DNA of 64,000 nt from Thermoplasmata archaeon (GTDB lineage Archaea > Thermoplasmatota > Thermoplasmata > Thermoplasmatales > Thermoplasmataceae), in NCBI GenBank assembly GCA_021785735.1, contig JAJYEP010000001.1:29-64028 (forward strand), given 5' to 3'. Positions within the stretch are counted from its first letter, which is position 1; every line of letters starts with the position of its first letter. Under the pieces are notes generated by a model that did not search any database, had not been told where the DNA came from, and was given only the letters and a program-made list of their open reading frames with translations. Below, one piece after another: positions 1 through 9,858 of this stretch. The position numbers and the translations under genes were made by a program.

Positions 1-10
1 GCTGGAGGTG

Positions 11-1180
11 ATGAGGTTCCTCAACATTGCATCTGTTTCCTTTGGCAAAGATGGTGTTGTTAATTATGAAATGGCAAAGGATCATGCGCCTGTAATCTTA
101 GGAAACATTGGAAAATATCATGAAGAATCTTCATTCAGGAAGGTCATAGAAAAGGTTGATTTGGTTGTTAGCAAGAAAATAGATCTCTATGATTTTGAGA
201 CCTTCATGGCAGAAATATACGTGGACGATGGCCGGATCGAGGAAGCCTCAGATACCATAAAAATTTTGACCAAAAATATGAATATACCGGGCAGGAAACC
301 ATCTGGAAGGCTCTATAGAGTTATGGGTACCGTGGACTTCTTCCTGGGGAACCTTGACATATCAAAGGATGAGTTTGAAAAGTCACTGGAACTCTGCAAT
401 ATGGACAACGATAATGACTGCGTTGGATCGGCTTATCTGGGGCTTGGAAACATTTATGGAGTGATGAGTTCAAACACTTCCGCAATAGAATACTATGACA
501 GGGCCTTTGCATCATTCAGGGAGACAGACAACAAGAAGGGAATGGCGAAGGCAAAAATTAACTTATCATACGTATTTGCAAGAACTGGCGACATATGGGA
601 ATCGAATGTTGCTAATTCAGAATCCTTGGAGCTATTAATTAAGAGCGGAGATAAGAACTTACTTCAGATGGCATACTTAAACAAGACTTCGATGCTGATT
701 GCCCATGGAGAATACAGGGAAGCATCTGAAAGCGTAATGAACACTTATTATATTAGTACAGAAACAGAAAACAGAAGAATCTTTCATCTTGTTCGGCTGG
801 CCATGACAGATATAGATATATCTAGGCAGAAAAACCCGATAAAATCATACATTGTGAAGGCCCTGCGATATTTCAAAAAGATGTCAAGTCCGATGGATAT
901 TGCCTATTGCTATGCTACGCTCGCAGAATTTCATATTTCTGATAAAAAGGCAGACTATGCGGTACATTTTATAAGGAAATCTATAGTTATAAGTCTTAAG
1001 GTTGGAGACGTAGCCAGCATGGTATCCGCAGGAATCAAAATCCTGAGGGTGGCTGTTATCCATAAAACGAATGAAACCATCATTTTGAAAATTCACAAAA
1101 TAATGCTGGAAAACCTTACAGATAAGAGATTTTTAAAAATATATAATGATATAGTGAAACAGTTTCTCCCCTTTATTTAG
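11..1180 (+). CDS. TPR-repeat protein (~40-residue helical repeats)
   Basis: Repeats such as AYLGLGNIYGVMSSNTSAIEYYDRA and AKAKINLSYVFARTGD; GGAGGTG at 4-10; exact start uncertain, upstream context is outside the window. Confidence 0.8.
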   Translation: MRFLNIASVSFGKDGVVNYEMAKDHAPVILGNIGKYHEESSFRKVIEKVDLVVSKKIDLYDFETFMAEIYVDDGRIEEASDTIKILTKNMNIPGRKPSGRLYRVMGTVDFFLGNLDISKDEFEKSLELCNMDNDNDCVGSAYLGLGNIYGVMSSNTSAIEYYDRAFASFRETDNKKGMAKAKINLSYVFARTGDIWESNVANSESLELLIKSGDKNLLQMAYLNKTSMLIAHGEYREASESVMNTYYISTETENRRIFHLVRLAMTDIDISRQKNPIKSYIVKALRYFKKMSSPMDIAYCYATLAEFHISDKKADYAVHFIRKSIVISLKVGDVASMVSAGIKILRVAVIHKTNETIILKIHKIMLENLTDKRFLKIYNDIVKQFLPFI

Positions 1181-1272
1181 AAAACCCAAGTTCCTCCATT
1201 TGCAGGTGCATTCATCGACTGTTTCACCCCCTCCTTAGTTGGTTCCATTGGGACCTCATTTTCTAGTTTCAT
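1177..1272 (-). CDS. Putative small peptide MKLENEVPMEPTKEGVKQSMNAPANGGTWVF (31 aa; internal ATG at 1215 gives 12-aa MNAPANGGTWVF)
   Basis: Hand translation; TATA-like TTTAATAA 21-28 nt upstream of ATG 1272; SD-like GGAGGGGGTGA 8 nt before ATG 1215; stop overlaps the TPR stop. Confidence 0.45.
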   Translation of the reverse strand: MKLENEVPMEPTKEGVKQSMNAPANGGTWVF

Positions 1273-1292
1273 AATTTGGAAACATATGGGAG

Positions 1293-1300
1293 TTATTAAA
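1293..1300 (-). promoter_or_regulatory. Putative TATA box for the small peptide ORF
   Basis: TTTAATAA on the minus strand with A-rich sequence upstream; spacing to the start is like that of other apparently leaderless genes here (ribB, GNAT at 4263). Confidence 0.45.
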
Positions 1301-1540
1301 TATATTTATTTTTATATAAAACATATAATTTTAAATATATAAATAGATTTATGCATATTTAAAATAATTATGAGAAACTTGAGATTAACATCATGATATA
1401 AACCGGGCATTGGATTTTATATTTTCGCACCATCAATGATAAAATTCTTCCAAAGCAATCGTGGAAAAACAATATGTTTCTTACTTTTTAAAATCAACAA
1501 TGTTCGAAGAAATTAAGAAATGAATAAAATAATTACTGCG

Positions 1541-2347
1541 TCACTGCGGGGGCTCTCCAATAGTTGTGCTTTTTGAGCGTATTGCCTCGAGATTTTCCTT
1601 AATCTTACCAAGGCCAACGTAAAGCAGAATTGCCCCGATATAATTGATGAATAGGAAAACAATACTGCCCGCCTTAACAAGACCCGTGTCGTAAATGGAA
1701 CCTATACGGTAAAGTCCGATGATGAGCATTATCAATCCCACCAGAAGTAAAATTGCCCCAATGACCACAAGTACTGCGAAAGCAAGTATACCGCCAAGAA
1801 TTGATGAAATTGGTGTTTGAGCATTGCCAGAGAGGCCTATGGAAAGAAGGAATCCCAGAAATATGGCCACGCCGATCAAAACCATTACAACACCCACGAG
1901 AAGGAGCACGGATCCCGTCTTTCCAGTGCTGAACCTTCTATTGGCAACAATAAGCTTTGAGAATCCACGGTATATGAAGTACATTGAAACAATGAATAGG
2001 GCAAATATCACGGTGGATGAGAGCAAACTAAAGAAGAGGGACGAACTGTTTATTATCAATGTGGTTGAACCAGGAGAGGTTGAAATCGGGACAGAGGATT
2101 CAGATCCGAAAACAGAGAAGAATCCAAGGGATGAAGCAATCGTACCATTTATGACAGCCATTACAATACCGATAAGTCCAGATATCAGTACTATCAGCAT
2201 TCCAATCCTCAAGCTGGAAATTCCGTCTATGGCGGAATCAATTATTCTTGGGTCGGCACCAAGGTTGAGCGGCTGACCGCAAACCTCACATACGCTGGCA
2301 CTGTCTGGATTCTGGAAATTACAGTTTGGGCAGACTTTTACCATCAT
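1541..2347 (-). CDS. Zinc-ribbon + multi-pass membrane protein (DUF973-like)
   Basis: N-terminal CPNC...CEVCG ribbon followed by about 5 hydrophobic segments. Confidence 0.7.
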   Translation of the reverse strand: MMVKVCPNCNFQNPDSASVCEVCGQPLNLGADPRIIDSAIDGISSLRIGMLIVLISGLIGIVMAVINGTIASSLGFFSVFGSESSVPISTSPGSTTLIINSSSLFFSLLSSTVIFALFIVSMYFIYRGFSKLIVANRRFSTGKTGSVLLLVGVVMVLIGVAIFLGFLLSIGLSGNAQTPISSILGGILAFAVLVVIGAILLLVGLIMLIIGLYRIGSIYDTGLVKAGSIVFLFINYIGAILLYVGLGKIKENLEAIRSKSTTIGEPPQ

Positions 2348-2524
2348 TAAGAAATGTTTCGCTGCATATAAAACTATAATACAAGTCGAGTTCAGAATAT
2401 TACATGGATATGAGTTATATCTAGCCGATGCCCGAGTGTCCTCTTTTAACTATTTCATTTATACACAGATAACAAACAGTTTTGTCAATGCATAAATACC
2501 GGAAAGAACTGCATGCGGGTTTGA

Positions 2525-3745
2525 ATGAGCTCAAGCATCAGAGGTTTCCACCCTTCCATAGTGACAATCGGATTCGCAGACTTCATCAGAGGATTTACCA
2601 GATATCCTCTCTGGATACTGATATCAGTATATCTGCTTACGACCAGACATTTCAATTACATAGATATCGGACTGGTATTTCTTGCTCAATCTATCTTTGC
2701 CGTGCCTTTTTCCATATACGGCGGGAGAATTTCAGATATAAGTGGAAGAAGGAAGCTTGCAATAACAATGCCCACGGTGCTCTCAGCTTCTTACCTGATC
2801 TTCTTTCTTGTGATTTATTACAATCTGTCTCTACCAATAATTACAGTAATGATGGTGGACATAAGTATACTGAATATTGTACAGTATAACGTAAACAACT
2901 CAATTTTAACAGACCTTTCAAGTGAAGTACAACGACTGAACTCATTCAGTCTTGTCCGTGTCATGAGCAACGCAGGCATTGGAGCTGGTTTAATATTTTC
3001 AGGGCTGGCAGCGATAATCAATCCGGCATACTTTTTTCTTGCTCCGGTATTTGGTTCCGTCGCAGAAGTATTCATCTATTACAGGTATGTTCCCGAATCC
3101 ATATCCAGAAGGAACGTTAATTTTAGTGGATCTCCACACAAATTCTCATTTAGGAAAGATCGGCTCCTAATCACGGTATCACTTGTGCTGGCATTCTCTT
3201 CACTGATGTCAGGAATGTATGAAAGCCCTATCCTGCCATTGTATCTTACCAGTAGGTTCGGCTACTCGGAGATCCAGATCACATTACTCTATGCAGTAAA
3301 CACGCTGATTGTAATCATGTTTCAGTTCCAGATAAACAAGTTGAGTCGGAAGATAGGAGAGATACCAACTTATTCACTCGGTCTTGTCCTCTATGCTGTC
3401 TCATACCTGATTTTTGGCATTGAGGGGATCTTCACACTGCTCATTCTCAATGTTGCGATGCTCACAATTGGCGAGGACATGACGTCTCAGTTCTCGCAGG
3501 TGTTCATATCGAGAATAGCGCCCGAAGACAGGCGTGGTGAATATTTCGGATACAGTTCGGCAGTATTCAGCTTTGTTTACCCGTTTACTCCTCTTTTGGG
3601 AACATTTATTCTCCAGACATTCTACTACAATCCGATCCTGCTCTGGGGAATAATATCCGGATTATGCCTTTTGATGGCTTTGGTCTCTCTGTCAATGAGA
3701 AGGGTGATTCCAGACCCGAGAAAATCTGTCCCACCATTGATATGA
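2525..3745 (+). CDS. MFS transporter
   Basis: About 12 TM segments, motif A GGRISDISGRR, and APEDRRGEYFG in the C-terminal half. Confidence 0.9.
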   Translation: MSSSIRGFHPSIVTIGFADFIRGFTRYPLWILISVYLLTTRHFNYIDIGLVFLAQSIFAVPFSIYGGRISDISGRRKLAITMPTVLSASYLIFFLVIYYNLSLPIITVMMVDISILNIVQYNVNNSILTDLSSEVQRLNSFSLVRVMSNAGIGAGLIFSGLAAIINPAYFFLAPVFGSVAEVFIYYRYVPESISRRNVNFSGSPHKFSFRKDRLLITVSLVLAFSSLMSGMYESPILPLYLTSRFGYSEIQITLLYAVNTLIVIMFQFQINKLSRKIGEIPTYSLGLVLYAVSYLIFGIEGIFTLLILNVAMLTIGEDMTSQFSQVFISRIAPEDRRGEYFGYSSAVFSFVYPFTPLLGTFILQTFYYNPILLWGIISGLCLLMALVSLSMRRVIPDPRKSVPPLI

Positions 3746-3759
3746 TCAAATTCAATCAG

Positions 3760-4263
3760 TTATGATTCGTAAACCCGACGCACAAGAGTCTTTTCCATCT
3801 TTATGTCGTCGCCATCAATTTCTGATTCGCGAAACATTCTCTTCCTGTAAAATCCAATTCCTATCGCGTTCAGGCGGTGAACATAAAGTTTCACAGAAGA
3901 AATTCCCCTGAGTAATAGAGTCTTTTCCGTCTCATCCATAAGTTTTGTGCCTATCCCCATTCTCGTGTGATCAGGAAGAATGTAGAGGCGGAGTATCTCG
4001 GCCTCGTCACCCGTAGTCTTTGTTTCAATGAAACCGGTGAGACGATTATCCACAAATGATCCGTAAAAAATTATGTCGCCTCCAGGATGAGTTCTTGAGA
4101 TGTCACTCCTTATTTTTTCCGTATCATAATTTCTTCTGATCCATTCTTCTATGAATGATTCTGTATAAATATCCCTATAAGCCCACATCCAGGACAGACG
4201 CGCGATGTTTCTGATCTCGCTGCTATCATTTGCAGTCAGGGGCTTAACAATGCAGTAATTCAA
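3760..4263 (-). CDS. GNAT N-acetyltransferase
   Basis: RLYILPDHTRMGIGTKL (motif A) and NAIGIGFY (motif B). Confidence 0.9.
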   Translation of the reverse strand: MNYCIVKPLTANDSSEIRNIARLSWMWAYRDIYTESFIEEWIRRNYDTEKIRSDISRTHPGGDIIFYGSFVDNRLTGFIETKTTGDEAEILRLYILPDHTRMGIGTKLMDETEKTLLLRGISSVKLYVHRLNAIGIGFYRKRMFRESEIDGDDIKMEKTLVRRVYES

Positions 4264-4318
4264 TGAGGCAGCATTAAATAATAATTATTAAAAATTCTGG
4301 CAACGGAAGGGAAGTGAT

Positions 4319-4933
4319 TCAGGGCGATACCTGTACCTTTTCATCGGTTTCTGACACTTCCATCATTCCAAGCTTCATGGCACCTATATTAATGTCAAGC
4401 AGCTTACCGGTGAATCTGTCGATCAGAGCATCGGTAATATTTTTTTCATTCACCGGAAGGATACCAAGTGACAGCGCGGCACCTATCATGACCACATTTG
4501 CCGATCTGAACGATCCGGCTTTTCTACCAAGGTCAACCGCATCAATTTCGTATATTTTACTGCTGCTTGATACCATTGAGATCATTTTCTGGATATCGGG
4601 ATATTCCTCGTCCTTCATGCTAACCGATATTGGAGTTAACTTTTCCTTGTTCATCAGAACTCTTGCATCGGTATTGACTGATTGCAGAACCCGAAAGGTT
4701 TCTATGGGCTCAAATCCCATGATAAGATCGACTCTCCTTCTGGGAGATATTGGACCATAGACATCACCTATCCTTACCTCAACGCTAACAGATCCTCCCC
4801 GCTGTGAAAGACCATGAATCTCGGACATAACGACGTTGAGTCCGGCCTTTATTGCAGCTTCCGATATTAGGGTACCAGCAGTGATTACCCCCTGCCCCCC
4901 GACGCCTGCAATGATCATGTTGAACGTCTTCAT
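4319..4933 (-). CDS. iorB: Indolepyruvate:ferredoxin oxidoreductase beta subunit
   Basis: GVGGQGVI and SEIHGLSQRGGSV motifs; directly downstream of iorA. Confidence 0.93.
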   Translation of the reverse strand: MKTFNMIIAGVGGQGVITAGTLISEAAIKAGLNVVMSEIHGLSQRGGSVSVEVRIGDVYGPISPRRRVDLIMGFEPIETFRVLQSVNTDARVLMNKEKLTPISVSMKDEEYPDIQKMISMVSSSSKIYEIDAVDLGRKAGSFRSANVVMIGAALSLGILPVNEKNITDALIDRFTGKLLDINIGAMKLGMMEVSETDEKVQVSP

Positions 4934-6801
4934 TGTCTCACCTCAATTGCCTTGAACGGACAAACATATGCTTCAGCGCAAACACCGCAGCCGTCGCACA
5001 GATTGGGATCAATCCTTATCTCTCCATTCTCTATGAATATCGCAGGGCACGAAAAATTCTCTACACAATTCATACATTTCCCGCATTTATCCTGGTCGAC
5101 AGTGTATGTGAGAATTTTTCCGGTTTTCTGCATATCCCTGTCCCTTAGGATGGCGCATTCCCTCCGTGAAACTATCACAGATACGGAATCCTCCTTGAGA
5201 GCTCTGGTGATTGCTTTCAGAGATTCCTTGAGGTCATAGGGATCAATTACCTGTACGTCCTTGACGCCCACGCTTCTGGCAATGTCTTCTATTGCTATTG
5301 AAGGTGATTCTTCGCCCAGTGCATTGAATTTCTCTCCTGGGTTTGGCTGCTGTCCCGTCATTGCAGTGGTTCCATTGTCCAGCACAATAACAAGAATGTT
5401 CAGCTTGTTATGGACTGCGTTTATTAGTGGAGGTATTCCGGAATGGAAAAATGTGGAATCTCCAATGAATGCAATCACCTTCTGGTTCGTCGACATGGCA
5501 AAACCGTTGGCCATACCTATAGAAGAGCCCATTGAAATCATTGTATCTGCCTCCTCGTATGGATCGTACACTCCAAGCGAGTAACACCCTATATCCGAAG
5601 CAAATATGGTATCAGGCTTATTCATCATCTTAACTGCCCTCTTTACTGCATAATATGCCGCCCTGTGAGGGCATCCGGGGCACAGAACAGGCGGTCTAGG
5701 CGGCAGATCGAGTTTTCCCTTGGGTGCATCCTGGACAGCGAAACCAATTATCTTTGAAAGTGAATGGGCGACAGTGTCCGGTGTGAACTCATGGCTTTCG
5801 CTGAAATATCCGTCCAGCTTTCCGTATATCCTTGCATCAATGCTATGCATCTGTGCAATGGTCCTTATTTTGGATTCGAGGTACGGATCAAGCTCTTCCA
5901 CGATTATCACGTCTCTGTGGTTGGTGATAAACCCTCCAATAATCTTTTCAGGCAGTGGGTTTGTGAATCCAAGCTTCAGTATGTCTGCGTCGAGCCCATA
6001 TTCTGTTATCACATCCATGACAGAGTTGTATGCGGCGCCAGACGTGATTATCCCATATTTTCCGTTGCCATGATGCTCAATCCTGTTCATGTTGGAACTG
6101 TCCGATTCGCCCTTCAATCCGTGCATTTTATCCATCAATTTTTCCTTGAGCGTATATGAATTTGAGGGCAGGCAGACAAATTCGTGGACATCCTTGACAA
6201 AAACACCCATTTCCGGCAAGTCCTTTCGGATCTCCCCAAGTTTCACGAGTCCACGCATATGGCTGACTCTCGTGGTGGTTCTGAATAGTACTGGCAACTT
6301 GTACTTCTCAGAAAGATCAAATGCCTGCAAAAGGAAATCCTTTGCTTCCTGCGGATTGGAAGGTTCTATCATGGGAACATGTGCAAGATCGGCATAGTGT
6401 CTGTTATCCTGTTCGTTCTGCGAGGAATACATGGACGGATCGTCTGCAGACATCACCACCATGCCTGATCTCACTCCGGTGTATGCAATGCTCATAAATG
6501 GATCGGAGGCAACATTCAACCCGACATGTTTCATGAAAACCATCGATCTCAAACCGGAAATCGAAGCTGCAAATGCAGTCTCAATTGCAACCTTTTCATT
6601 CACGGAAAACTGGAACTTCATCCCAAATTTCTTTGCGATCAGTGATAGCGTATCACCAACTTCGCTCGAAGGGGTTCCGGGATATGTGGTTGCAACCCTG
6701 ACACCTGCCTCGACAGCACCTCTTGCTATAGCCTCGTTGCTCAAAAGAAAAAGAATGGTCTCCTGGGTGCCTTCCAGCATAAGATCGTTAAGTTTGACCA
6801 T
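4930..6801 (-). CDS. iorA: Indolepyruvate:ferredoxin oxidoreductase alpha subunit
   Basis: YPGTPSSE, MKHVGLNVASD, LCPGCPHR, GDSTFFHSG, C-terminal 2x[4Fe-4S] Cys motifs. Confidence 0.95.
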   Translation of the reverse strand: MVKLNDLMLEGTQETILFLLSNEAIARGAVEAGVRVATTYPGTPSSEVGDTLSLIAKKFGMKFQFSVNEKVAIETAFAASISGLRSMVFMKHVGLNVASDPFMSIAYTGVRSGMVVMSADDPSMYSSQNEQDNRHYADLAHVPMIEPSNPQEAKDFLLQAFDLSEKYKLPVLFRTTTRVSHMRGLVKLGEIRKDLPEMGVFVKDVHEFVCLPSNSYTLKEKLMDKMHGLKGESDSSNMNRIEHHGNGKYGIITSGAAYNSVMDVITEYGLDADILKLGFTNPLPEKIIGGFITNHRDVIIVEELDPYLESKIRTIAQMHSIDARIYGKLDGYFSESHEFTPDTVAHSLSKIIGFAVQDAPKGKLDLPPRPPVLCPGCPHRAAYYAVKRAVKMMNKPDTIFASDIGCYSLGVYDPYEEADTMISMGSSIGMANGFAMSTNQKVIAFIGDSTFFHSGIPPLINAVHNKLNILVIVLDNGTTAMTGQQPNPGEKFNALGEESPSIAIEDIARSVGVKDVQVIDPYDLKESLKAITRALKEDSVSVIVSRRECAILRDRDMQKTGKILTYTVDQDKCGKCMNCVENFSCPAIFIENGEIRIDPNLCDGCGVCAEAYVCPFKAIEVRQ

Positions 6802-6918
6802 AGACTATCATATTATGATCCGCCATTGGTATTATTAATTCATACCTTACATCTCAGGTCAATGATAGTTATTATCACGCTTTACTAATTATAAAATTTG
6901 AGATCGGGTAGAAAGAAG

Positions 6919-7719
6919 TTATCGCTCATATTTTCCAAAAAGTTCAGCCGTTATTGAGGAAAATTTTCCGGAATTTGAAAGAAATTCAGAGGGAACAAAT
7001 CTCGGTCCCTCCGGGGAATCATAATGCGAGAAAGGTATTCCGTATGTTTTCTGCAAATTTTCCTCGTTTATCACTTCCTCAGGGGTTCCCGAGGCAACCA
7101 TGCTTCCGTTCTTCATCAACAGGACACTGTCACAAAGATTCCAGATCATGTTGATATCGTGCATTGTCACAACAACGATTTTATTCTCGTCTTTTAGTGA
7201 CCTGACAATTCTGAAAACCTTCGTGGATTTATCAACATCCAGGAAGGAAAATGGCTCATCCATCAGACAAACATCCGCATCCTGGTAAATTAATGTAGCA
7301 AGCATCACCAGCCTCTTCTCGCCACCGCTCAGCTGGGAAAATTGTCTTTTATAAAGGTTTTCTATGCCAAGCTTTCTGAGTGATCTTTTAATGCCTTCCG
7401 GTGGTCTCCCTGTGAAATAACCTGCGGTCCCTATCACGTCACTGACGGTGAAGCTGAAAGGGTTTGGTGTCTCCTGTGATAGCATGGATATTATTCTGGG
7501 TCTCTCCATATGCTGATATTCGTTGATGTCCCTGTCATTATATCTGATCTCTCCGGATTCCTTCTTCAGTATTCCAGCTATGATCCTTAGAAATGTACTT
7601 TTGCCTGATCCATTCGGCCCGACTATTCCTACCACATCGCCGTTTTGGGCGTTGAGACCAAGCTCTTTCAACCTGAAATTTCCTCTGCTGAACGAAACAC
7701 CTCTGATCTCAAGCATCAT
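6919..7719 (-). CDS. ABC transporter ATPase, Fe-siderophore/cobalamin type
   Basis: Walker A GPNGSGKS, LSGGE signature, MDEP, H-loop; start moved to ATG 7719/7716 after a GGGGGT SD. Confidence 0.9.
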   Translation of the reverse strand: MMLEIRGVSFSRGNFRLKELGLNAQNGDVVGIVGPNGSGKSTFLRIIAGILKKESGEIRYNDRDINEYQHMERPRIISMLSQETPNPFSFTVSDVIGTAGYFTGRPPEGIKRSLRKLGIENLYKRQFSQLSGGEKRLVMLATLIYQDADVCLMDEPFSFLDVDKSTKVFRIVRSLKDENKIVVVTMHDINMIWNLCDSVLLMKNGSMVASGTPEEVINEENLQKTYGIPFSHYDSPEGPRFVPSEFLSNSGKFSSITAELFGKYER

Positions 7720-8782
7720 ATGACCCCCTTGAAAGTCGTGAAAGCAGAAGCATGAAAAATGGCACTCCAACAAGGCTGGTAACTATACCAATCGGTATCA
7801 CTTCTCCAGAGATGAAAGCATGTGCGGCATCCTCGGAGAGGATCAGAAATATGCCTCCGATAATCGCAGAAGTTGGTATGACAATCCTGTTTGTTCCACC
7901 GTAAATTAATCTGCAAACATGTGGTACGATAAGGCCGACAAAACCTATAAGTCCAGAGACAGCGACGCAGGCGGAGACTCCAAATGCTATGACGCTTATC
8001 AGAAGTATCTTGGTGAATTCCACATTGACTCCGACAGTGTGCGCATATTCCTCCCCCAGTTGAATGGCATCGAGTTCGCGCGAGTAAATTATGGACACAA
8101 ATATTGCAAGAACATTTACAGCTGTAATTATACCAAGTTCCGTCCAGGTAATCTGCTGCAGCGATCCCATCAGCCAGAAGAACACATCACCCTGGAGTCG
8201 AACGTTTGAGAATACCATGAACGCAACCAGTGCAGATACAAAAAGAGAAACAGCTATACCCATCAAAAGCAGATAAACAATGGGAACTTTTCCGTGGCGG
8301 AATGACAGGAAATATACAAGGTATACAACCACTAGGGAGAAAACGAATGCCATAAGGTCTATTGAATAAATGCCCAGTATATCGATACCAAGCACTATGG
8401 TTGCCACCGCTCCAAAAGCCGCACCGCTGGAGATCCCTATGACGTAAGGTTCGGTGATAGGATTCTTGAATATGGACTGGATTACTGCGCCTCCCACGCC
8501 GAGAGAAGCCCCTATGACAAGAGCACTGAAAATCTGTGGCTCACGTAGAAGGACCACAATCTCATGCTGAATAGATGTGAAATGAAAATGAAACATTCCG
8601 CCGAGAACAGGGACCTGGGATATCATTATCTCCATGACAGTGTAGAACGGAATCTTAACAGAGCCGATGAAGAAAGAGGCAAGAATTACAAGTAGCAGAA
8701 AAATAAGGGATAATGCTATCTTGGTTTTGGTGCCGATTGTCAGAATATGCCTTTCCGTTATATATTTGAACATTGCTTTCAC
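7709..8782 (-). CDS. FecCD/BtuC-family permease
   Basis: QSIFKNPITEPYVIGISSGA and GLIGFVGLIVPH motifs. Confidence 0.93.
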   Translation of the reverse strand: MKAMFKYITERHILTIGTKTKIALSLIFLLLVILASFFIGSVKIPFYTVMEIMISQVPVLGGMFHFHFTSIQHEIVVLLREPQIFSALVIGASLGVGGAVIQSIFKNPITEPYVIGISSGAAFGAVATIVLGIDILGIYSIDLMAFVFSLVVVYLVYFLSFRHGKVPIVYLLLMGIAVSLFVSALVAFMVFSNVRLQGDVFFWLMGSLQQITWTELGIITAVNVLAIFVSIIYSRELDAIQLGEEYAHTVGVNVEFTKILLISVIAFGVSACVAVSGLIGFVGLIVPHVCRLIYGGTNRIVIPTSAIIGGIFLILSEDAAHAFISGEVIPIGIVTSLVGVPFFMLLLSRLSRGSYDA

Positions 8783-9771
8783 GCGTTTGGCATTGGAGGA
8801 TATCCAAGATTAATGGGGAAATTCGGTATATTGAGGTAAATCCCGGGATAGATGATGCTGATCAACCACTGGATAGCATATATGGTCCTGAAGTCAGGCT
8901 CATTGAAAAAGTTGTCATCGAATATGGTGAAGACCTTCTGCGGTGAACCTGTCATTGCAGCAGTCTCATTGAAAGGTGCAGTCTGCACTGCCGATTCCGG
9001 AACATACTGATCGAGAAGTATGATATCGGGGGACTCATTGGCTATGACTTCACCACTAATAGTGAAATAACCGCTGTTAGAGGCAACGTTTCGCAGATGT
9101 GCTATCAGGAAAAACTGGTTTATGAACGTGTTGTTCCCCGCCGTCCAGTAACCGCCATAGTTTGAGAGATAATAGAAAATTGTCTGCTCAGTGCTAATGT
9201 TCGACATCGATGATGAAATGGCATTCAGTGATGAGCTCATCCAGTTGACGATGATGGTGGCATTGGAACTCTTGCCAGTCAGTTCGCCAAGCATCATTGT
9301 GAAGTTTTCTATCTGGGGGAAGCTTTCCGGATTATCCAGCATAAACGGAATCTTGAGTGTATTGTTGATGTAAGTTCCGTATGAAGGCATCGTTGATCCG
9401 TATCCTAGGACCACCTGCGGTGAAAGGTTTAGCAATTCGCTATAGTCCACTGTATAAGCATTCCCTACATTTGGAACAGATTCGTTTGGCGGATATGAAT
9501 CATAAACGTTTCCTCCAACCAGATCCTTAATGGCACCAAGGGCATAAAGAGTGGCTGTTGCCGACGGATCAAGACTGACTATCCTTGTCACAGGTTTCTG
9601 GAAAACAAAGCTTCTCCCCAAAGAATCTGTGACCTTAATGGGGCCACTTGAACTCGCGTGGCCGGTGGAGCTGACATAACCAAACACTGACAGTGCTCCC
9701 AGTACCACGATAATCACTACAACAAGCGCTTTCATCTTCCTGTCAAAAAATCCCGAACTCATTTCAATCAC
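8779..9771 (-). CDS. Membrane-anchored substrate-binding protein, BtuF/FepB-like
   Basis: N-terminal TM; VTDSLGR..RIVSLDPSAT; YWTAGNNTFI; start may be ATG 9762. Confidence 0.88.
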   Translation of the reverse strand: MIEMSSGFFDRKMKALVVVIIVVLGALSVFGYVSSTGHASSSGPIKVTDSLGRSFVFQKPVTRIVSLDPSATATLYALGAIKDLVGGNVYDSYPPNESVPNVGNAYTVDYSELLNLSPQVVLGYGSTMPSYGTYINNTLKIPFMLDNPESFPQIENFTMMLGELTGKSSNATIIVNWMSSSLNAISSSMSNISTEQTIFYYLSNYGGYWTAGNNTFINQFFLIAHLRNVASNSGYFTISGEVIANESPDIILLDQYVPESAVQTAPFNETAAMTGSPQKVFTIFDDNFFNEPDFRTIYAIQWLISIIYPGIYLNIPNFPINLGYPPMPNA

Positions 9772-9790
9772 TGAAATTATTTTTCTAAAT

Positions 9791-9806
9791 GTGAAATAGT
9801 TTTCAC
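9791..9806. promoter_or_regulatory. Palindrome GTGAAA-N4-TTTCAC between the ABC operon and the SRP RNA
   Basis: Perfect 6-bp arms; another TTTTCAC half-site at 9817-9823. Confidence 0.3.
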
Positions 9807-9858
9807 TATAATAAAATTTTCACATGAAACCTTTTTATCATGGATTTGATAAACTGTA

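Noticed and set aside
1280..1540. Very AT-rich spacer as origin, CRISPR leader or MITE
   Set aside because: No repeats, terminal inverted repeats or ORBs; consistent with promoter/terminator DNA.
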